10,973 nucleotides of DNA from an uncultured archaeon. Lineage in GTDB: Archaea > Iainarchaeota > Iainarchaeia > Iainarchaeales > 0-14-0-20-30-16. Location of the stretch: positions 1 to 10,973 of the forward strand of contig CAYZSS010000026.1 of NCBI GenBank assembly GCA_964480435.1. The letters are read 5' to 3'. Made by a program: the position numbers and the translations under genes. Every line of letters starts with the position of its first letter. The first letter of the stretch is position 1. Shown here piece by piece: positions 6,877-10,973 of this stretch. The notes under the pieces are model-generated. The model was given only the letters and a program-made list of their open reading frames with translations, did no database searches and was not told the origin of the DNA.

Positions 6877-8199
6877 ATGTTAGATATTAGCATGTTTAGA
6901 GATGAAAAAGAGTTTAAGAGGATTTTAGAAAGTGAAAAACGAAGAGGCAAAACCTTAGATTTTGCAAAAGAAACAAAAAAACAAGATGATTTGTGGAAAA
7001 AAGCAAAACAAGAAAAAGAAGAACTAAGAGCAGAGAAGAATAAAATAACAAAAGAAATTGCTATTGTTGCACAAAAAAAACAGCCAATAGATAAGCTAAA
7101 AACAAAAAGCAAGGATTTAGACAACAAAATAAAACAATTAGAAGAACTCGAAGAAAAAACATTAAAAGCAAGAGATGAAAATCGTTACAAAGTAGGAAAT
7201 ATACTTTATCCCAATGTACCAAATGGAACAGGTGATGAAGGTAATACAATAATTAAATTCTATGGAAAAGCAAAAGTCCAAAAACAACACCTAGCAGAAT
7301 TCAAAAAAGATACTGCAGGAAAAATGGACTATTCTCTACTAGATTTTGAACCAAAAAGTCACACAGAGTATGGCCCAGAAAAAGATTTATTTGATTTAGA
7401 GAGGGCTGCAAAGGTTTCTGGTGCAAGATTTTACTACCTTAAAGGAAAATTAGTAATATTACATCTTGCTTTACTTAGATTTGCAATAGATAAACTAGCA
7501 AAAGCAGGGTTTACTCCAATGTATACTCCTTTTATAGTAAACAAAGAAGTAATGGAAAAAGCAGCAGAATTAGGAGATTTCAAAGACACACTTTACCAAA
7601 CAACAGATGGCCAATTCCTAATTGCTACTGCAGAACAAACACTAGCTGCGTATCATATGGATGAAGTTTTAGATGAAAAGACTCTGCCATTAAAATATGC
7701 AGGAATCTCTTCTGCTTTTAGAAGAGAGGCAGGAAGCACAGGAAAAGATACAAGAGGAATTTTTAGAGTTCACCAATTTGATAAAGTAGAGCAGTATGTA
7801 TTTTGTAAAACCAAAGATAATGAAAAAAATCTAGAAGAATTATTAAAAAATGCAGAAAGTATCTACAAGGATTTAGAGCTTCCATACAGAGTAGTTAATA
7901 TCTGCTCTGGAGATATGAATGACACAGCTGCAAAGAAATACGATATTGAATTATGGATGCCAGTACAGGGAAAATTCAGAGAGATTGGTTCTTACTCCAT
8001 AACAACAGATTATCAGACAAGAAAATTAAATATCAGGTATGAAGAAAAAGGAGAAAGAATAGTATGTAATTCTTTGAACGGCACTGCTCTACCATCTCCA
8101 AGAATGTTAGTTGCATTTATGGAAAATCATCAAACTAAAGATGGCAAGATCAAGATCCCAAAAGCATTGCAGAGTTATACTGGGTTTAAGGAGATATAA
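6877..8199 (+). CDS. serS: Serine--tRNA ligase (type 1).
   Basis: N-terminal MLDISMFRDE followed by a long coiled-coil tRNA-binding arm. Class II motif 2 is FRREAGSTGKDTRGIFRVHQFDKVEQ. Motif 3 is GTALPSPRMLVAFMENHQ. GAGG lies 7 nt upstream of the ATG. Confidence 0.95.
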   Translation: MLDISMFRDEKEFKRILESEKRRGKTLDFAKETKKQDDLWKKAKQEKEELRAEKNKITKEIAIVAQKKQPIDKLKTKSKDLDNKIKQLEELEEKTLKARDENRYKVGNILYPNVPNGTGDEGNTIIKFYGKAKVQKQHLAEFKKDTAGKMDYSLLDFEPKSHTEYGPEKDLFDLERAAKVSGARFYYLKGKLVILHLALLRFAIDKLAKAGFTPMYTPFIVNKEVMEKAAELGDFKDTLYQTTDGQFLIATAEQTLAAYHMDEVLDEKTLPLKYAGISSAFRREAGSTGKDTRGIFRVHQFDKVEQYVFCKTKDNEKNLEELLKNAESIYKDLELPYRVVNICSGDMNDTAAKKYDIELWMPVQGKFREIGSYSITTDYQTRKLNIRYEEKGERIVCNSLNGTALPSPRMLVAFMENHQTKDGKIKIPKALQSYTGFKEI

Positions 8200-8231
8200 T
8201 TACTTTAGCCACAATAATCAAAAAATAGGTC

Positions 8232-9347
8232 TTATTCAACAGAATAATTAATTGCCTCTAAAGTTCCTGAGCCACCAATTACTTTCTTGAATATAATCTC
8301 TTTTTTTGCAGTACCATCTGATTGTATTGAAAACACACCGCTTGCACCAGCATAATCTTTTACATTAAGTAAATAATTTTTAATACAATCTTTATCAAAG
8401 CCACAATTTTCATAAGCAGCAAATTCTAAATATATCGCATCATAAGCAACTCTTGACAATACTGCTGGATTTTCATTATATTTAATATAATAATTCTTTT
8501 CAAATGCAATCAGATTATCTGAACTTTGCATACCTGGGATTGCAATTACCATTCCTAAAGCATTTTCTCCAGCTGTTTTAAATAGATCAGGATTATCTGC
8601 TTCTTCATAAGTAATTATTGGTTTATTAACACCCATTTCTTTTAATTGATTTAGCATGTTTCCTAAATTTGGCCCCATGTGTATTAATTGTAAAACATCT
8701 GGATTTTTTGCAATTATTTTTGAAATCACATCTTTAAAGTCATATTGTTCCAGAGCCGTTTCTTCAGTTAGTAAAACTTTTCCACCAAGGGTTTCAAACT
8801 CCTTTGCAAAATTTAGTCCATAGGATTTACCCATATCAGTATTATAATAAACAATACCAACAGTATTAGCAACCCAATATTTTTTTGCAAACTTTGCTTG
8901 TTCTTTAGCACTATATGCGCTTGCTATGTTTGGAGAAAATATATAATCACCAGAAGATAATATCATATCAGAAACAGTAGAGATTTGCATTACTGTTATT
9001 TTTTTAGATTCAGTTACTGCAGAAATTGGCGGAATTGCAATAACACAAAAATTACCCCCAATAAAATCAATATTATCAGTCTCAACAAGTTTACTTATTG
9101 CCGGAGTAGCATCTTTAGGGTAACAAGCATCTTCATAAATTAGTTTAACTTTTTTTCCACTTTTATCTATATTTATTTCTTCTACTGCTAAATCAAGACC
9201 TTTTTTTATTTCTGCACCATAGCTAGATAAAGCACCAGTCAAAGGCAAAGTAATTCCTATTTTTACTATGTTATCTTCTTTTTGACCAACACACCCTGAA
9301 AGAATTAACAAACAAATTAATCCCAATATTGAAATAAGTTTTATCAT
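8232..9347 (-). CDS. Lipoprotein substrate-binding protein, type 1 periplasmic-binding fold (LivK / branched-chain amino acid ABC-type SBP family).
   Basis: KIGITLPLTGALSSYGAEIKKGLDLAVEEIN...KVKLIYEDA matches the LivK/Peripla_BP_6 N-terminal pattern. The signal peptide MIKLISILGLICLLILSGC carries a lipobox (LSGC). The track begins at GTG 9368. I prefer ATG 9347 (371 aa). The start remains uncertain because no clear SD is present and the mRNA may be leaderless. Confidence 0.8.
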   Translation of the reverse strand: MIKLISILGLICLLILSGCVGQKEDNIVKIGITLPLTGALSSYGAEIKKGLDLAVEEINIDKSGKKVKLIYEDACYPKDATPAISKLVETDNIDFIGGNFCVIAIPPISAVTESKKITVMQISTVSDMILSSGDYIFSPNIASAYSAKEQAKFAKKYWVANTVGIVYYNTDMGKSYGLNFAKEFETLGGKVLLTEETALEQYDFKDVISKIIAKNPDVLQLIHMGPNLGNMLNQLKEMGVNKPIITYEEADNPDLFKTAGENALGMVIAIPGMQSSDNLIAFEKNYYIKYNENPAVLSRVAYDAIYLEFAAYENCGFDKDCIKNYLLNVKDYAGASGVFSIQSDGTAKKEIIFKKVIGGSGTLEAINYSVE

Positions 9348-9368
9348 AATAATAAATAGATTTACCAC

Positions 9369-9457
9369 AATAAAAATCTTTTGTAAAAAATAAAAAAAGT
9401 AAAAAATAATAAAAAAGGGAAGTAAAAAGAGAAGTTAAGAAGAACTAGTTAAGTTCT
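9369..9457 (-). terminator. Hairpin over the rpl41e stop followed by multiple oligo-U tracts (archaeal-style termination); the same interval must also hold the SBP promoter.
   Basis: agaac(9441-9445) pairs with gttct(9453-9457) around a 7-nt loop that contains the TAG stop. On the minus strand this is followed by CUUUUUAC, CCCUUUUUUAUUAUUUUUUACUUUUUUUAUUUUUUAC. Confidence 0.35.
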
Positions 9458-9576
9458 CCTCTTCTTCTGGCTCTTTCTCTTTTGTTTCTTCTCATTTTCT
9501 TCTTATGCCACTTCCACCTTCCATCGGCGGCTTTGGTCTTTTTAAATCTACTTGAATCTTTTCCTCTATGTCCCAT
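9445..9576 (-). CDS. rpl41e: Ribosomal protein eL41 (L41e), 43 aa.
   Basis: MGHRGKDSSRFKKTKAADGRWKWHKKKMRRNKRERARRRGELN. The core KWHKKKMRRNKRERARRR aligns position by position with yeast eL41 ([25 protein letters not shown]). The strong purine bias on the coding strand fits Lys/Arg codons. GGAG lies 8 nt upstream of the ATG at 9576. The track's 77-aa version starts at a TTG with no SD. Confidence 0.6.
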   Translation of the reverse strand: MGHRGKDSSRFKKTKAADGRWKWHKKKMRRNKRERARRRGELN

Positions 9577-9609
9577 TGTTTCATCTCCACTTCCCATCCT
9601 CCGATTAGC

Positions 9610-9680
9610 TTTTGGCCAACCTAGCCTTTTCCTAAAAGGCCGGAGTGGTACTTCCCTATGTTTTAGGGGTTTTGCCAAAA
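9610..9680 (-). promoter_or_regulatory. Candidate structured 5' leader of rpl41e, or an independent small RNA.
   Basis: Three helices are readable by eye. The closing helix pairs ttttggc(9610-9616) with gccaaaa(9674-9680). The second hairpin pairs gcctttt(9624-9630) with aaaaggc(9634-9640) around loop cct. The third hairpin pairs cccta(9654-9658) with taggg(9664-9668). The element is locally GC-rich within an AT-rich genome. A minus-strand TATA-like ATATATTT (plus 9693-9700) sits about 20-25 nt upstream of the element's 5' end. Confidence 0.3.
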
Positions 9681-9751
9681 ATTAGTAATGACAAATATAT
9701 TAATATTATCTACGCTATATTTTTAATAGTTTACCAAAAAGAAGGGATAAA
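9681..9751. promoter_or_regulatory. Divergent AT-rich promoter region (rpl41e leftward, membrane-protein pair rightward).
   Basis: The plus-strand TATA-like tatatttttaata (about 9716-9728) lies about 25-30 nt before the ATG at 9752, suggesting a short-leader or leaderless mRNA. The minus-strand TATA-like tract is at 9693-9705. Confidence 0.3.
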
Positions 9752-10363
9752 ATGGGCTTAACTCTAAAAAGATTCAATATTTACCTAAGAAGTGTAATTA
9801 TATTTTTGTGTCTTATTTTATTCTATGTAAGTATAAATAATTATGGCTATTATGAAATGGGGGTCTGCTTAGGTTCCATAGTTTTATTGTTCCTTCCAGA
9901 GATTTTAGGCAAATTTAAAATCTATTTTAGCGATAGCGCCACCTTTATATTTTTTGTTTTTTTGTTTTTGGGGGTTGTAGGAGAAACAATTGCAGTACAT
10001 TATTTCTGGTATGACAAAATATTACATTTTTTATCTGGCTTTCTATATTTTACTGTTGGTATGACTCTTTTAATTATAAGATTTGGTGAGTCAAGGGTAA
10101 ATTCTGAGTTAGACAAATCAATTTTATATAGTTTTTTATTTATGGTGTTTATTCTAGTATCATGGGAAGTATTTGAAGCAACATTAGACCTTACCGTTGG
10201 CACAAATTTATTACAAACAGGGCTTAATGACACAGTTTGGGATTTAATTTGCGATTTCTTTGGGGGAATACTAGCCACAATTCTGTTCTTTTGGCATTTC
10301 AAAAGAAAACAAATATCAATATTCCCTTTCTTATTTAAAGACCTATTTAGAAAAAGACTTTAA
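9752..10363 (+). CDS. Polytopic membrane protein (about 6 TM), function unknown; weak unverified resemblance to YjdF/DUF2238-type proteins.
   Basis: 203-aa hydrophobic ORF. Polar residues embedded in the membrane segments include YDKILHFLSGF and WEVFEATLDL...NDTVWDLICDFFGG. The only competing ORF is an antisense shadow. Confidence 0.7.
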   Translation: MGLTLKRFNIYLRSVIIFLCLILFYVSINNYGYYEMGVCLGSIVLLFLPEILGKFKIYFSDSATFIFFVFLFLGVVGETIAVHYFWYDKILHFLSGFLYFTVGMTLLIIRFGESRVNSELDKSILYSFLFMVFILVSWEVFEATLDLTVGTNLLQTGLNDTVWDLICDFFGGILATILFFWHFKRKQISIFPFLFKDLFRKRL

Positions 10364-10375
10364 AGATGTGGCAAA

Positions 10376-10912
10376 ATGAATTATTTTTTAGATTTAATTA
10401 GCAGAATTTTATTTTGTATTTTTTCTCTCTTAGCTTTAAGCCTTCTAATCAGAATATTATTACGAAAAGAAGATATTAGCAAAAAAATGCAAGACAACCT
10501 AATTATTTATAGAACTATTTTTGAAGTAATTTATTTTGCATTACTATCATGGTATATTATTTCCCCAAATACTAGACCATCATTTCTATTAATTCAAGGA
10601 ATACCTACTTGGCTAGTAATAATCGGATTCATTTTTGCAGTATTCGGCATTTTTCTAAGGGTTTGGGCTCAATTTTGTCTAAACAAAATGTGGTCAGAAA
10701 AAATCAGATTACTAAAAAATCACAAATTAATTAGAATTGGGGCATACAAATATTACAATCACCCTATGTACTTTGCATATCCCTTCTTAGCAGTAGGATC
10801 ATTTTTAGTAACATCTGATTTATTATTGCTAATTTCCGGGTTATTCTATGCGATTACATCATTTCTAAAAATATCTAAAGAAGAACTATTACTAAAAATG
10901 TTAAAAAAATAG
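10376..10912 (+). CDS. Membrane methyltransferase-like protein, ICMT/PEMT (isoprenylcysteine carboxyl methyltransferase) family.
   Basis: 178 aa with 4-5 TM helices. The C-terminal signature is LIRIGAYKYYNHPMYFAYPF (family pattern L.T.G.Y...RHP.Y, here NHP), followed by a KEELLL acidic pair (family EE..L). It starts 12 nt after the preceding ORF, so the two probably form an operon. Confidence 0.65.
   Translation: MNYFLDLISRILFCIFSLLALSLLIRILLRKEDISKKMQDNLIIYRTIFEVIYFALLSWYIISPNTRPSFLLIQGIPTWLVIIGFIFAVFGIFLRVWAQFCLNKMWSEKIRLLKNHKLIRIGAYKYYNHPMYFAYPFLAVGSFLVTSDLLLLISGLFYAITSFLKISKEELLLKMLKK
10903..10909 (-). terminator. Oligo-U (U7) tract 10 nt past the tRNA-Glu 3' end; putative archaeal terminator embedded in the last codons of the convergent CDS.
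   Basis: The minus strand reads ...GGGGCA CUACAACUA UUUUUUU AAC. The plus-strand a7 run spans 10903-10909, within codons KMLKK*. Confidence 0.35.
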
Positions 10913-10918
10913 TTGTAG

Positions 10919-10973
10919 TGCCCCGACCGGGAATCGAACCCGGGTCGTCGGCTTGAAAGGCCAACGTGATAAC
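10919..10973 (-). tRNA. tRNA-Glu (anticodon UUC); only the 3' ~55 nt are present, and the 5' part lies beyond the window end.
   Basis: Reverse complement: GTTATCAC-G-TTGGC-CTTTCAA-GCCGA-CGAC-CCGGG-TTCGATT-CCCGG-TCGGGGC-A. The anticodon stem is 5 bp (one U-G pair) and the 7-nt loop CUUUCAA gives anticodon UUC. The variable region is 4 nt and the T arm is canonical (GGGTTCGATTCCC). A 7-nt acceptor 3' strand is followed by discriminator A. CCA is not encoded. Confidence 0.9.

Noticed and set aside
6846-7249. Minus-strand ORFs 6846-7127 and 7061-7249, antisense to the serS 5' region.
   Set aside because: They are the complement of the Lys/Glu-rich coiled-coil arm of SerRS. They read as low-complexity Phe/Leu/Ser-rich pseudo-membrane sequence and are shadow ORFs.
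9369-9440. A-rich low-complexity tract with a recurring aagtaaaaa motif; considered as a possible repeat array or CRISPR leader.
   Set aside because: It has only two short imperfect recurrences, with no spacer-repeat periodicity and no cas genes. It is best explained as minus-strand oligo-U terminator tracts plus an AT-rich promoter.
9445-9678. Full 77-aa TTG-initiated version of the basic ORF (MAKPLKHREVPLRPF...).
   Set aside because: Its TTG has no SD, and its N-terminal 34 residues lie outside the L41e-like part of the sequence (from about KDSSRFKK onward). The internal ATG at 9576 has a properly spaced GGAG. The upstream part is better explained as a GC-rich structured leader. It is kept as an alternative in the findings.
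9610-9680. Whether the ~71-nt element with a 7-bp closing stem could be a tRNA or tRNA-like gene.
   Set aside because: It has only three helices. There is no GTTCRA T-loop, no D-arm consensus and no plausible 7-nt anticodon loop on either strand.
9482-9685. Plus-strand 67-aa ORF antisense to rpl41e.
   Set aside because: It exists only because the pyrimidine-rich complement of Lys/Arg codons lacks stop codons. It has no SD and no recognisable features.
10000-10302. Minus-strand 100-aa ORF antisense to the 203-aa membrane protein.
   Set aside because: It is fully contained in, and antisense to, a coherent 6-TM ORF. It has no start context, so it is a shadow ORF.
1-10973. Window-wide search for a mobile element, defence island, toxin-antitoxin pair, CRISPR array or intein.
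   Set aside because: I saw no transposase or integrase-like ORFs and no terminal inverted repeats. No periodic repeats appear beyond the single 18-nt duplication. AlaRS, SerRS and AglB have normal lengths with contiguous motifs. All intergenic spacers are under 110 nt.

Overview
This is an AT-rich, tightly packed archaeal chromosome segment. The archaeal call rests on an archaeal-type AlaRS, an AglB/STT3 oligosaccharyltransferase, a eukaryote/archaea-type GlcNAc-1-P transferase and an eL41 ribosomal micro-protein. A small-genome, DPANN-like host is inference only. The content is mostly housekeeping. A minus-strand run reads alaS, then a 24-codon uORF created by a duplicated start cassette, then aglB, aglH, and a membrane-anchored protein that runs off the left edge. 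On the plus strand sit an unknown 142-aa helical protein and serS. On the minus strand sit rpl41e and an orphan LivK-type lipoprotein substrate-binding protein. On the plus strand sit two polytopic membrane proteins, the second ICMT/PEMT-methyltransferase-like. A partial tRNA-Glu(UUC) lies at the right edge on the minus strand. I see no CRISPR array, transposase, integrase, toxin-antitoxin pair or recognisable defence gene, so I cannot support a new multi-gene system here. Four items deserve a second look: (1) an exact 18-nt SD-ATG cassette duplicated 64 nt apart, forming a uORF that bridges the alaS stop and the aglB start; (2) AglB carrying WWSEG where the WWDYG motif is expected; (3) a GC-enriched, foldable ~70-nt element upstream of rpl41e; (4) an unrecognisable small protein between alaS and serS. 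Several ORF-track starts (GTG/TTG or an upstream ATG) look like N-terminal over-extensions. I re-called them using a consistent (A/G)AGGTG or AGGAG Shine-Dalgarno motif 6-8 nt upstream.
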